Source: Macrostomum hystrix | Taxonomy: Eukaryota; Animalia; Platyhelminthes | Assembly: GCA_950097015.1 (NCBI GenBank) | Contig: CATNEN010000002.1 | Location: 7,254,001-7,318,000, forward strand | DNA length: 64,000 nucleotides | Direction: 5' to 3' | Shown: one piece after another, positions 35,728 through 49,023 of the stretch | How positions within the stretch are numbered: the stretch's first letter is position 1 | Layout: every line of letters begins with the position of its first letter | The notes under the pieces: generated by a model | Seen by the model: the letters and a program-made list of their open reading frames with translations, nothing else | What the model was told of the DNA's origin: nothing | Databases searched by the model: none | Made by a program: the position numbers and the translations under genes

Positions 35728-37791
35728 TCAACGCGTGGGGCTTTGTGTCTGGGTAGCAGTGCCATAAGGAGCTGGCAAAGTGGCAAAATTTATTTGGTTT
35801 TCAATTGTTGTGGCAACTTCCATTTGGTTTCCAGTTGTAACATCTATATAAATTTGGTTTCCAGTTGCAGTATCTACATCAATTCGGTTTTCAGTTGTAG
35901 CATCTACATAAATTTGGTTTCCAGTTGTAGTATCTACATCAATTGGTTTCCAGTTGTAGTATCTACATCAATTTGGTTTCCAGTTGTAGTATCTACATCA
36001 ATTTGGTTTCCAGTTGTAGTATCTACATCAATTTGGTTTCCAGTTGTAGTATCTACATCCATTTGGTTTCCAGTTGTAGTATCTACATCAATTTGGTTTC
36101 CAGTTGTAGTATCTACATCAATTTGGTTTCCAGTTGTAGTATCTACATCAATTTGGTTTCCAGTTGTAGCATCTACATCAATTTGGTTTCCAGTTGTAGC
36201 ATCTACATAAATTTGGTTTCCAGTTGTAGCATCTACATCAATTTGGTTTCCAGTTGTAGTATCTACATCAATTTGGTTTCCAGTTGTAGTATCTACATCA
36301 ATTTGGTTTCCAGTTGTAGTATCTACATCAATTTGGTTTCCAGTTGTAGTATCTACATCAATTTGGTTTCCAGTTGTAGTATCTACATCAATTTGGTTTC
36401 CAGTTGTAGTATCTACATCAATTTCGTTCCAGTTGTAGTATCTACATCAATTTGGTTTCCAGTTGTAGTATCTACATCAATTTGGGTTCCAGTTGTAGTA
36501 TCTACATCAATTGGTTTCCAGTTGTAGTATCTACATCAATTTCGTTCCAGTTGTAGTATCTACATCAATTGGTTTCCAGTTGTAGTATCTACATCAATTT
36601 GGTTTCCAGTTGTAGCATCTACATAAATTTGGTTACCAGTTGTAGCATCTACATAAATTTGGTTTCCAGTTGTAGCATCTACATCAATTTGGTTTCCAGT
36701 TGTAGTATCTACATCAATTTGGTTTCCAGTTGTAGTATCTACATCAATTTGGTTTCCAGTTGTAGTATCTACATCAATTTGGTTTCCAGTTGTAGTATCT
36801 ACATCAATTTGGTTTCCAGTTGTAGTATCTACATCAATTTGGTTTCCAGTTGTAGTATCTACATCAATTTGGTTTCCAGTTGTAGTATCTACATCAATTT
36901 GGTTTTCAGTTGTAGTATCTACATCAATTTGGTTTCCAGTTGTAGTATCTAAATCAATTTCGTTCCAGTTGTAGTATCTAAATCAATTTCGTTCCAGTTG
37001 TAGTATCTACATCAATTTGGTTTCCAGTTGTAGTATCTACATCAATTGGTTTCCAGTTGTAGTATCTAAATCAATTTGGTTTCCAGTTGTAGTATCTACA
37101 TCAATTTGGTTCCAGTTGTAGCATCTACATAAATTTGGTTTCCAGTTGTAGTATCTACATCCATTTGGTTTCCAGTTGTAGTATCTACATCAATTTGGTT
37201 TCCAGTTGTAGTATCTACATCAATTTGGTTTCCAGTTGTAGTATCTACATAAATTTGATTTCCAGTTGTAGTATTTACATCCATTTGGTTTCCAGTTGTA
37301 GTATCTACATCAATTTGGTTTCCAGTTGTAGTATCTACATCAATTTGGTTTCCAGTTGTAGTATCTACATCAATTTGGTTTCCAGTTGTAGTATCTAAAT
37401 CAATTTGGTTTCCAGTTGTAGTATCTACATAAATTTGGTTTCCAGTTGTAGTATCTACATCCATTTGGTTTCCAGTTGTAGTATCTACATCAATTTGGTT
37501 TCCAGTTGTAGTATCTACATCAATTTGGTTTCCAGTTGTAGTATCTACATAAATTTGATTTCCAGTTGTAGTATTTACATCCATTTGGTTTCCAGTTGTA
37601 GTATCTACATCAATTTGGTTTCCAGTTGTAGTATCTACATCAATTTGGTTTCCAGTTGTAGTATCTACATCAATTTGGTTTCCAGTTGTAGTATTTACAT
37701 CCATCTGGTTTCGAATCTCATTGACAATCTTGTTAGAAATTGTAAGCAAAAGCAATGTAGCAAAAAGCACCAAAAACTCTAAAAAATCCAT
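35728..37791 (-). CDS. Candidate secreted Thr/Asp-rich repeat protein (GNQIDVDTTT)n, frameshifted as assembled
   Basis: ATG at 37791 (acaATGg) with signal-peptide-like MDFLEFLVLFATLLLLTIS, about 64 units of 10 aa, degenerate in-frame terminal units, TGA at 35730-35728, AATAAA at 35641-35636. Nine 29-bp units break the frame; the first stop is at 37096. Confidence 0.55.
35790..37712. repeat. 30-bp tandem array (ATTTGGTTTCCAGTTGTAGTATCTACATCA)n
   Basis: Direct. Confidence 0.98.
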
Positions 37792-38232
37792 TGTACAGGC
37801 TTCCAACAGCAAGCTGGGGCATTGGGACACGCACCCGACTGAAATTTGACCTCTGCGCAAATACAACCGTTCTAGAGCGGAGTGCTAGATCATGGAACAG
37901 CTGAGAACTCGGCGACTGAGGGGAATACAGACACACGAGACAGATCCTGTTGGGGGCAGGGTATGGTAGTAACCAGCTCACCCATTGAGCACTAATAAGT
38001 TAAAAATGCCTCCCTCCACCTCCATGTTAACTGTGTGTGCATGTGCTTATTGTTCCTACATATCCCATAGCGGCGGTGGCTGCTCCTAATAAAAAGGATG
38101 AGAAGGGAATGCGGAGTCCATCGCACTGTTTTATTGGTTTAGTCCAGCCTCAGGACAGATGTAATTTCATAGGGACAGAGCAGAGAGTTGCCGCCAATAA
38201 ATTATGCAGGGCAGCGGACTTAGGCAAATACC

Positions 38233-38256
38233 TGCTGCCGCTGCCGCTGCTGCTGC

Positions 38257-38322
<66 letters not shown>
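38233..38322. repeat. (CTG/CCG)n microsatellite
   Basis: Direct. Confidence 0.95.
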
Positions 38323-38324
<2 letters not shown>

Positions 38325-38844
38325 CTTAATGCTCATCTTAATATAATTGGGTTAGCCGCGACTAATATTATAAGCCTTTTAACCCAGTAGTTGGATTTCA
38401 AAGTTCTGACCGAGAGATCGGGAGTTCGAATCTCATCTAATAGGAAGGAAATTGTATCATTAAGTCAGGCAGATCATTCACGTTGCCTCAGTTGGCCCAG
38501 CCGATAATAACTCAAATTGAAAAGTTCCACATTATCTAAAACAGCTATTGGATCCATGATTCACATAGCTTTTAGAAACAAAAAATTCACGGGTCGTTAA
38601 ATGGTGGAGAGGGATAGCGGTCACCGCCGTCAGTGCTTGTGGTGCGTGGGTGTGGATCATAAATCATCAATTGGCTTAAATTCACAAAGGAAAAATTTAA
38701 TGACCAAAGTTTTAATTTATTGAGTCAAATCGGTAGAAAACTATACACTAAAGAGATACGTGGGTTTATGCCACAAAGATAATAACTTACTGTTTCCAAT
38801 CAAACCGTAAATTGTGGTTGTCGCAAAAAAAGTAATTAAACTCA

Positions 38845-39185
38845 CGTAACAGGTACTCATGTACCCACACAGGTACTCAGGTACCCAGGTACTGAGGTAC
38901 CCAGGTACTGAGGTACCCAGCTGCTCAGGTACCAAGCTACTCACGTATCCAGGTACTCATGTACCCACACAGGTACTCAGGTACCCAGGTACTGAGGTAC
39001 CCAGGTACTGAGGTACCCAGCTGCTTAGGTACCAAGCTACTCACGTATCCAGGTACTCACGTACCCAGGTACTCACGTACCCAGGTACTCACGTACCCAG
39101 GTACTCACGTACCCAGGTACTCAAGTACCCAGGTACTTAAGTACCCAGGTACTCAAGTACTCAGGTACTTAAGTAGCCAGGTACT
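38845..39185. repeat. 17/18-bp repeat (CAGGTACTCACGTACCC)n with a duplicated block
   Basis: Direct. Confidence 0.9.
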
Positions 39186-39560
39186 TGCACCACCCTGGCA
39201 ACGAAATGGCCGACGGCCTAGCCAAGGCCGGTTCGGGGTCGCTTTTTGGCCCCTGCCTGGAGTCTCCAGAATCCACCCCGTCACCGTCGTCACCTCTTGG
39301 ATTAACCAGTGGGTGGCCTCGAAGCACAAGGACAGGTGGATCAACACCGACGATTTATCGGCAGTCTTGCGCTGCTGTTCCCTGCTTGGACTCAATCGCA
39401 GGGACATCAGGGAGTCACAATGGCCCTCTCTGGCCATGGCTGTTTCGCTAGGCTCTCCGATGTTTTCAGAGGCCTGAAAATATCTTTCAGCTCGTTTGAT
39501 ACCTAAGGGACACCGGACGAGCAACTCTCCACCTCCTGGGCCCTCGGCATCAACAGAACC
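39185..39560 (+). pseudogene. 3' remnant of an RNase H-containing non-LTR retrotransposon (I/R1/Loa-type)
   Basis: [12 protein letters not shown] is the RNase H C-terminal motif. After frameshifts come [10 protein letters not shown] and LSGHGCFAR, typical of the region before the terminal zinc knuckle. Confidence 0.7.
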
Positions 39561-40265
39561 CATGCGCGACTCCGCAACTCTAGTTGCCCGTTGTCGCCGG
39601 GGGTAAGCGGACTGGGCGGGACGCTTCCGCGCGGCATCCGGTTGAGGCCTCCTGCAGCTGAATTGAAGTAAGTCAAGAAGGTCAGCTAAGCTCAGACCTG
39701 CGGGTGGGAATCCGCGAGTGGATAGTGCGAAGCGGCAAATTCTCTCATTTTAAGTAAGGATAAAGGAACTAGATTGGAATGCGATCCCATATCACGAATT
39801 GCAAACAATCACGTTGCCTGAAGTAATGGGTTAGGGCCGGGACTGTCACTCAAGAAATCCCACTCTGAGCAATTCGGATGATTGGCTGCTTAAGCACAAA
39901 TAGTTGCCGGGTGGGGGAATAGGCGATGATCGATGAGATAAACAAACCAGCTTCGATATCTGCATTCGGCTCTATAAACTCAAAACAGGCCAAGCCAAAT
40001 CTAAACAGAGCAACAGCACTATCTCGCTAAGCCTTGTTATAGCCAATAGATAAAACAATATCTTAAACTACCTGTCAATCTATCGATCAATCAATCAATG
40101 TTTTTGCAGCATTCCTTCATCCGAGTGAACATCCATACCAATAGTGAAATGTCTATGGTAAAAATCGATTCTCATATCTTAGCATAAAAATCAACGTAGC
40201 CTTTAATTTCCGAATCTACTTATAAGAATAATTTCCCACTGGTGAAGCAGCTCGTTACATCAACC

Positions 40266-41363
40266 ATGAACGATGATGATTCAGCCAGCGGGACCGCCAC
40301 ACAAAGCCAGAACGAAGAGGACAGCAATGCTGAGAGTAAGGCGTCGCAAAAGCCGGCGACAGCAACAATAGGCTGGCACAACACCTCCGAGCACGGAATT
40401 TCACTTAAGCAGCATCAGCAGCTGCCGTCCCAGATCCGTATGGTGTGTCGCGGAGCCTCCGAGTTGTTGCACATGCTGGACAAAGAAATTGTCAAGCGCC
40501 TGACGGATCCGAACACGCAGAGTCTGCGAAACACCGTCAGCTGCTCCTGCTGCGGGCGCAACTTTGCCAAGGCGTTCTCACTCCAGGCCGGCTTCATCCG
40601 GGTGTTCTCTCGCAGCGACAGTTTTCGCAGCGAGGCCGAGCGGAAGTTCATCATCGAGGGCGACATGGTGGCGTGGGCAATCGCCGATTCCGACTGCCAG
40701 CCGACCACAGCTCTGGAGCGTCTGGAAGTCATTCAGAAGAACTTCCGTCGGCTGCATCTGAGCAGCCTTCAGGTCTGCAGCGTCTGCCTCCATAGGCCGG
40801 GCTTTCACTTCGTGGATATGGTCGGAACCGACTGCGTAGGTAGGCCGGTCATCTTCTCATCCTTCGACCCTAAGGCCTCTATGGGGCTGAACCTGGCAGA
40901 CCTGCCGGCCTACCTGACGCACCTGTTTTACTGTATTTGCCATGGCCTCAGGTGCGATTTACTTTTCCTGTGTTTGCTATCGATCGGGGCTGTGAAAGCA
41001 ATCAATATGATCTGACCTTTCGTCTCCAGATTTCTGCCGGAAACTCAGCACGGCGTCTGTCTGTTCTTCGACTGTGTCAGCCTGGAGGCCAGCCACTTCA
41101 CGGCTGACACCGTCAGCTCAGTGGCCGAGGTGCTGAAAATGCTGCCCTGTCGGGTGGCGTACGTTATCCTGAGCAGGCTGCGTTATCTGCAGCGCCGCCT
41201 GCTCGTGCCCCTGCTGTACCTCACGGGCATGCAAAACCGAGTGATCTTCTTGCCCAACGGAATCGATCGCGAGAAGATGCTCGACCGGTTGATGTCGACC
41301 CAGATGTTCCAGGAGCCGCTGGCCAAGTGGCTGGTGGACCACTGCTGTGCTGAGGAAGGATGA
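40266..41363 (+). CDS. CRAL-TRIO (Sec14-like) lipid-binding domain protein, about 339 aa, 2 exons
   Basis: Exons 40266-40951 and 41030-41363 with a phase 2 GT-AG intron. Motifs GTDCVGRPVIF, QHGVCLFFDC and MLPCRVAYVIL. Confidence 0.82.
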
Positions 41364-41619
41364 AGGCTTGCATCGGGATGAGGTACAGGGGAGTGTGCAA
41401 GAGGGAGGAGAAACTTACATTTATGCAAAAATCTGAAAGTTAATTCAGAGGTTTAATTATTCATCGTTCCGATTGAAATTATTCCGATATCCGATATCAA
41501 TAAATCGACAAGCAGAGGTAATGTCGTGTTACCCTCTCCTGCAATTAAAAATTCTTCAACGAATTCGGTTTTCAAGGTTACTTCGAAAGCTACTGCGGAT
41601 GCTGTAAATATTGTTAGAA

Positions 41620-41620
41620 T

Positions 41621-41655
<35 letters not shown>
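41620..41655. repeat. (ATA)n microsatellite
   Basis: Direct. Confidence 0.9.
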
Positions 41656-41656
<1 letters not shown>

Positions 41657-42079
41657 CACCCCTGACTTCGAATGCTATTTCAACTCGGTAGAACACAAAA
41701 CCGCTATAAGATAGCATCTGTTGGAAATATCGACATTGCATATCCATCTTTGGTTTGGCATGCAGAGAATAGAAAATTTGCATGGGGATTATATGGGATC
41801 CGATGACATGACAAGCCTTTGGATCACTTTTATCCTTCTATTCCTTGTTGTAAATGGTGGATTTCCATTCATTAACGATGAATCCGCCAAATGGCATTTC
41901 ATCTGTGGGGTATGACATTTCTAACAAATGCTATGGACCAGACAGTATGAAGCCCAATCTAATCCAAGAAAAATATTGATATTAGCCCATATTAGTGACG
42001 AGATCTTGGGCAACTACCTGCATATTAGAGGACATACGTGTACTTGACCTGGTACTGGAGTACTATAGGGGGTGTTTCG

Positions 42080-45000
42080 GATATACTGCATGGCTCTGAA
42101 GTACCCAGGTTATTTGTATCGGATATACATGGCTCTGAAGTACCCTAGTCGGGTGTACATGGCTCTGAAGTACCCTAGTTATGTGTATCGGATGTACATG
42201 GCTCTGAAGTACCCTAGTTATGTGTATCGGATGTACATGGGACTGAAGTAACCTAATTATGTGTATCGGATGTACATGGCTCTGAAGTACCCTAGTTATG
42301 TGTATCGGATGTACATGGGACTGAAGTAACCTAATTATGTGTATCGGATGTACATGGCTCTGAAGTAACCTAGTTATGTGTATCGGATGTACATGGCTCT
42401 GAAGTACCCTAGTTATGTGTATCGGATGTACATGGCTCTGAAGTACCCTAGTTATGTGTATCGGATGTACATGGCTCTGAAGTACCCTAGTTATGTGTAT
42501 CGGATGTACATGGCTCTGAAGTACCCTAATTATGTGTATCGGATGTACATGGCTCTGAAGTTCCCTAATTATGTGTATCGGTTGTACATGGCTCTGAAGT
42601 ACCCTAATTATGTGTATCGGATGTACATGGCTCTGAAGTACCCTAATTATGTGTATCGGATGTACATGGCTCTGAAGTACCCTAATTATGTGTATCGGAT
42701 GTACATGGCTCTGAAGTACCCTAGTTATGTGTATCGGATGTACATGGCTCTGAAGTACCCTAGTCGGGTGTACATGGCTCTGAAGTACCCTAGTTATGTG
42801 TATCGGATGTACATGGCTCTGAAGTACCCTAGTCGGGTGTACATGGCTCTGAAGTACCCTAGTTATGTGTATCGGATGTACATGGCTCTGAAGTACCCTA
42901 ATTATGTGTATCGGATGTACATGGCTCTGAAGTAACCTAATTATGTGTATCGGATGTACATGGCTCTGAAGTACCCTAGTTATGTGTATGGGATGTACAT
43001 GTCTCTGAAGTTCCCTAATTATGTGTATCGGATGTACATGTCTCTGAAGTACCCTAGTTATGTGTATCGGATGTACATGGCTCTGAAGTACCCTAATTAT
43101 GTGTATCGGTTGTACATGGCTCTGAAGTTCCCTAATTATGTGTATCGGATGTACATGGCTCTGAAGTACCCTAATTATGTGTATCGGATGTACATGGCTC
43201 TGAAGTAACCTAATTATGTGTATCGGATGTACATGGCTCTGAAGTACCCTAGTTATGTGTATGGGATGTACATGTCTCTGAAGTTCCCTAATTATGTGTA
43301 TCGGATGTACATGTCTCTGAAGTACCCTAGTTATGTGTATCGGATGTACATGGCTCTGAAGTACCCTAATTATGTGTATCGGTTGTACATGGCTCTGAAG
43401 TTCCCTAATTATGTGTATCGGATGTACATGGCTCTGAAGTACCCTAATTATGTGTATCGGATGTACATGTCTCTGAAGTACCCTAGTTATGTGTATCGGA
43501 TGTACATGGCTCTGAAGTACCCTAATTATGTGTATCGGATGTACATGGCTCTGAAGTACCCTAATTATGTGTATCGGTTGTACATGGCTCTGAAGTACCC
43601 TAATTATGTGTATCGGATGTACATGGCTCTGAAGTACCCTAATTATGTGTATCGGATGTACATGGCTCTGAAGTACCCTAATTATGTGTATCGGATGTAC
43701 ATGGCTCTGAAGTACCCTAGTTATGTGTATCGGATGTACATGGCTCTGAAGTACCCTAGTCGGGTGTACATGGCTCTGAAGTACCCTAGTTATGTGTATC
43801 GGATGTACATGGCTCTGAAGTACCCTAATTATGTGTATCGGATGTACATGGCTCTGAAGTAACCTAATTATGTGTATCGGATGTACATGGCTCTGAAGTA
43901 CCCTAGTTATGTGTATGGGATGTACATGTCTCTGAAGTTCCCTAATTATGTGTATCGGATGTACATGGCTCTGAAGTACCCTAGTTATGTGTATCGGATG
44001 TACATGTCTCTGAAGTACCCTAGTTATGTGTATCGGATGTACATGGCTCTGAAGTACCCTAATTATGTGTATCGGTTGTACATGGCTCTGAAGTTCCCTA
44101 ATTATGTGTATCGGATGTACATGGCTCTGAAGTACCCTAATTATGTGTATCGGATGTACATGTCTCTGAAGTTCCCTAATTATGTGTATCGGATGTACGT
44201 AGCACTGAAGTACCCTAATTATGTGTATCGGATGCACATGGGACTGAAGTACCCTAATTATGTGTATCGGATGTACATGGCTCTGAAGTACCCTAGTTAT
44301 GTGTATCGGATGTACATGGCTCTGAAGTACCCTAGTTATGTGTATCGGATGTACATGGCTCTGAAGTACCCTAGTTATGTGTATCGGATGTACATGGCTC
44401 TGAAGTACCCTAGTTATGTGTATCGGATGTACATGGCTCTGAAGTTCCCTAATTATGTGTATCGGATGTACATGGCTCTGAAGTTCCCTAATTATGTGTA
44501 TCGGATGTACATGGCTCTGAAGTTCCCTAATTATGTGTATCGGTTGTACATGGCTCTGAAGTTCCCTAGTTATGTGTATCGGATGTACATGGCTCTGAAG
44601 TACCCTAGTTATGTGTATCGGATGTACATGGCTCTGAAGTTCCCTAATTATGTGTATCGGATGTACATGGCTCTGAAGTACCCTAATTATGTGTATCGGT
44701 TGTACATGGCTCTGAAGTTCCCTAATTATGTGTATCGGATGTACATGGCTCTGAAGTACCCTAATTATGTGTATCGGATGTACATGGCTCTGAAGTACCC
44801 TAGTTATGTGTATCGGATGTACATGGCTCTGAAGTTCCCTAATTATGTGTATCGGATGTACATGGCTCTGAAGTACCCTAATTATGTGTATCGGTTGTAC
44901 ATGGCTCTGAAGTTCCCTAATTATGTGTATCGGATGTACATGGCTCTGAAGTACCCTAATTATGTGTATCGGATGTACATGTCTCTGAAGTTCCCTAATT

Positions 45001-45692
45001 ATGTGTATCGGATGTACATGGCACTGAAGTACCCTAATTATGTGTATCGGATGCACATGGGACTGAAGTAACCTAATTATGTGTATCGGATGTACATGGC
45101 TCTGAAGTACCCTAGTTATGTGTATCGGATGTACATGGCTCTGAAGTACCCTAGTTATGTGTATCGGATGTACATGGCTCTGAAGTACCCTAGTTATGTG
45201 TATCGGATGTACATGGCTCTGAAGTACCCTAATTATGTGTATCGGATGTACATGGCTCTGAAGTACCCTAGTTATGTGTATCGGATGTACATGGCTCTGA
45301 AGTTCCCTAATTATGTGTATCGGATGTACATGGCTCTGAAGTACCCTAATTATGTGTATCGGTTGTACATGGCTCTGAAGTTCCCTAATTATGTGTATCG
45401 GATGTACATGGCTCTGAAGTACCCTAATTATGTGTATCGGATGTACATGTCTCTGAAGTTCCCTAATTATGTGTATCGGATGTACATGGCACTGAAGTAC
45501 CCTAATTATGTGTATCGGATGCACATGGGACTGAAGTAACCTAATTATGTGTATCGGATGTACATGGCTCTGAAGTACCCTAGTTATGTGTATCGGATGT
45601 ACATGGCTCTGAAGTACCCTAGTTATGTGTATCGGATGTACATGGCTCTGAAGTACCCTAGTTATGTGTATCGGTTGTACATGGCTCTGAAC
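42080..45692. repeat. 39-bp satellite (GATGTACATGGCTCTGAAGTACCCTAGTTATGTGTATCG)n, 3.6 kb, with 30-bp variants and higher-order blocks
   Basis: Direct; source of the 1224-aa minus-strand ORF. Confidence 0.98.
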
Positions 45693-48600
45693 AGAGATAA
45701 TTTTTGACGGCGAAGTCAGCTGCACCATTTTTATCAATTCGAGCTATATGCTCGTTTTTATTGCGAAACTATATGTCTTACGAAATTGCTCATTGCAAAA
45801 CTAATATAAAAGGGGCATTTTGTCGACCTTGAATTTTAAAGCTGTTAAAAAGGCTACTGACACGAAAAATAGTTACAACAGTTGGCGTTCTTGTTAAAAT
45901 TCTGAGGAAATCTTTTGGGCAAGAAAGAGGCTAATATTTTCTTTAAGTACACACAGATAGCAAACATGAGTTGGCTCGATCAATTGTGTCTGGAGATTTC
46001 GCAACTTTGAGGATGTTTGCGGCCTTCGAGTCTGTATAGAATAACTGAAATCTGTGTGAAGTACACAGTACAATGGTTGTCAGGAACAGGCATATATGAC
46101 ACTGAATAAATCAGATGCATGAAGTCACACGCATGGACAGCCATGAAGTGTGTCTGTACGTGTGCTGCAGTGCAAATATGTACACACCTGCAAGCCGATA
46201 TAGACAGCAAGAGAGGGCTAGTGGTGGTGTGTGACATGTGGCATGTGTTTAAGTCTACGGTTTGGCGCAAAAGATTACATTTATGTCGACTGTCGCAATA
46301 CAATACGCTAGACATGCATACCAATTTGCCAACAATGCGCATTATTGTCAAGTCAGTCACATTTGATGCAGTCGATCTTCCAAAGTTTGCAATTGTTTAA
46401 CCAGCTGTCAATTGCTCACGAAAAATCAAATAAGGAATTACACTTCCCTATTTCCCGTCTACCCTGCGTGTATGTGGTCGCGTAGCCTATTTGTGACCAT
46501 TGTCTGCTCGTCCTTTTTTAACGGTGGGGTTTGTGGTTGCCGGTCGGTTAGATTCTTGCCGAATCTCTTCCGCTGTGCACTGTATATTTTTGGATTGCCC
46601 CTTGGCTTGGACACGATACAAGGTGATTAGATCTCAGTAGAGCCCCCCGATTTTGCCAGTGGAAGGGCAGTTAATATCTAACTATAATCACAACGATCAA
46701 AATTCTATATAGGCCCTATACGTGAGAGACTGGCACAATGCATTTGTGCATTTTACATTTTTGTATGGGATGGTGGCATTTTGGAAATAACAATAACAGA
46801 GCAGCTTGATTCGGGAAACGCATTCGGATTGTAGCAACAATTTCGGGAAAAGGAAGGGCGCATTTTATATAATTAACAACAGTTTTTGGAGGTGTGTGGT
46901 GGAAAATGTTCACGGGAGACCATGGCAGGCATTATATAGGAGCACCCACTTTTACCTATTGCGGACCCGGCGATGGGACCACAATCTGCCAGCCCACTAG
47001 ATTCACGACGGAGCAAGCCGTGAAATAGGGCTTCCGCAGGCGGGCAGCCCTGTGGGGAACCCCTGCCTGAGGTAGGGTGGTAAAGGAGCGGCAATGCCAA
47101 ACCAAACTAGTTTGGAAAATTGACCACAAGGACCCGCGTGGGGTATACAGCCCAACCTGGGGTTAGAGCCGCAAGTCTTGGCCCGCAGGGATTGGCACAG
47201 GTGTGCCCTGAAGCCCGGAAACAAGGACCTTGGGCCGATAGAATTGGATTAAGGCCAGAGAGACCCGCACCCGTTGACCCAGGATGTAAAACCATTTAAC
47301 GTATTTTATTACGATAGCTTTTTTGCACTACTTCGTTTCTTATAAGGCAGTATTTCCATTTATTTTATATCAAAGGTCCTTTAGGGCAAATGCATAAGCC
47401 AAAGTCGTTATTATAGGATACTAAAAATGTTCTTCATGCATAATCAAAATTCTTGGTTTAATTTTAATCCTCCGTGACATGCAAATGCATATTATTTCAT
47501 AAAGTTTGTTTCTAGGTATTTATGGGGCTGCATGTTTGTGCTTGCTAGTGATTGGCATCTTACTTCAAAGTCAACTTTAACAAAAAAAGATTTTTGTAAT
47601 TAAATGAAGTATAATATACAGATTCTTTATCAAAATCCGTTAAGTTGTCAAAGTTGTTCAGATTTAAAATATAACACCGTAAAAAAGTATAACAAAGCAC
47701 TAGAAAACTTTTGAAAAACTATGATATTCTTTTTTAGTTCTGATAATTTGTTTGTCAAGTTCAAAGTTAAAATATTTTTTAGTTCTTAATTAGTGCTTTG
47801 ATTGTTGCTTTTTGGCACAAAAATAATGACGAGATTCTTGCAAATCTGTGTAAAATGCCGATTTAGCTTTTTAGCAAGCTGTAACTTCACAGTGCGACTA
47901 ATATATGGTTTAGGCCTTGTTTGAGGTTTCTTAAATGTAGTGATATAGCTGGGATAAGATTTTCTGTTGCATTTTCTAATTCTCTCACTATCGAGTTGTG
48001 GCTTAGGCATAGGCCTAACAGTATATATCAAGGTCTAATAGCCTATGAGATCATATATCACATGTTATATTTAGATCAGATAATTTACATATAATTTAGT
48101 TTATTTTGTGTAGAAAAGAAACTTAATTTCACACTTTGGGGCATTGTTTCCATGCCTTTTGATGAACATAAAATAAGCTTCAATATTATAAATTTAATAG
48201 ACAAGGCTACAGTGTATAGTTGTGGCTATTGTTGTGACTGTAATTATAGAACTTTAGGGCAAAGCAGCCATGTCCATTAGCAAACCATGATGACAATGAT
48301 CTTACTCTATGGGCCAAAACTAGGGAAATAGTGGCTATTTTTATATTGAGTTGTAGTAATTGCTTGGGGATCTTAAAAATAGTGAAATTTTAACTAGTGT
48401 CCTTTTGCCACCCATTTTTATACCCAAGGGGAAAATGTCTTGCTTGAAAAAAATTAGGCAGCACTTGAATGATAACAGGGTTGGGTGGTGTCTGATTAGT
48501 TGATAGACTATGTAAGGCTGTCCTCTGGTTAGAGAAACTCACATCAGGGTGTCCATAGTATCTTAGTTTGCTTTCTATAGTTGTAGTCCTTGAAGGTCTA

Positions 48601-49023
48601 GGAGTCTGTCTAGATAAAGGTGACACTAGACACCCGGTGACCACCAAGGATGAAGATAATGCAGGCATATTTAGGTGACATGCTGATAAATTTTAAAGGC
48701 ATGGCAAGGCTATACTGAGGCATAGTGCTAATTTGGTATAGGGGTGTATGAAATAGTATTCCACTAGCACTTATGGGAAAAATCTGACCTTTGGCCAAAA
48801 GCATTGAATATCGTGAAGGTTTAAAAAGAAAGCTGGTGACTTAATTCTTGTTTCAGAAGATGCACAAAAAAGGTGGCCCTTGAGTTTTGTTTGCTTGTGT
48901 TGCTCCAATCAGGTGCAGCAAAATTTATTTCCAGCGGTAATCACCCCCCTTGATCCATCGGTTGTTCTACTGTTAACACTCACCTATAAGATATCTTGCT
49001 AGCATTCAAAAGTGTGACTTGCA

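Noticed and set aside
38037-38390. ORF with a poly-Leu 'transmembrane' stretch
   Set aside because: The Leu run is a (CTG)n microsatellite; the rest shows no coding bias or recognisable motif.
46900-47290. GC-rich island resembling a retroelement UTR or structured RNA
   Set aside because: No TSD, termini, ORF or ribozyme core that could be supported by eye.
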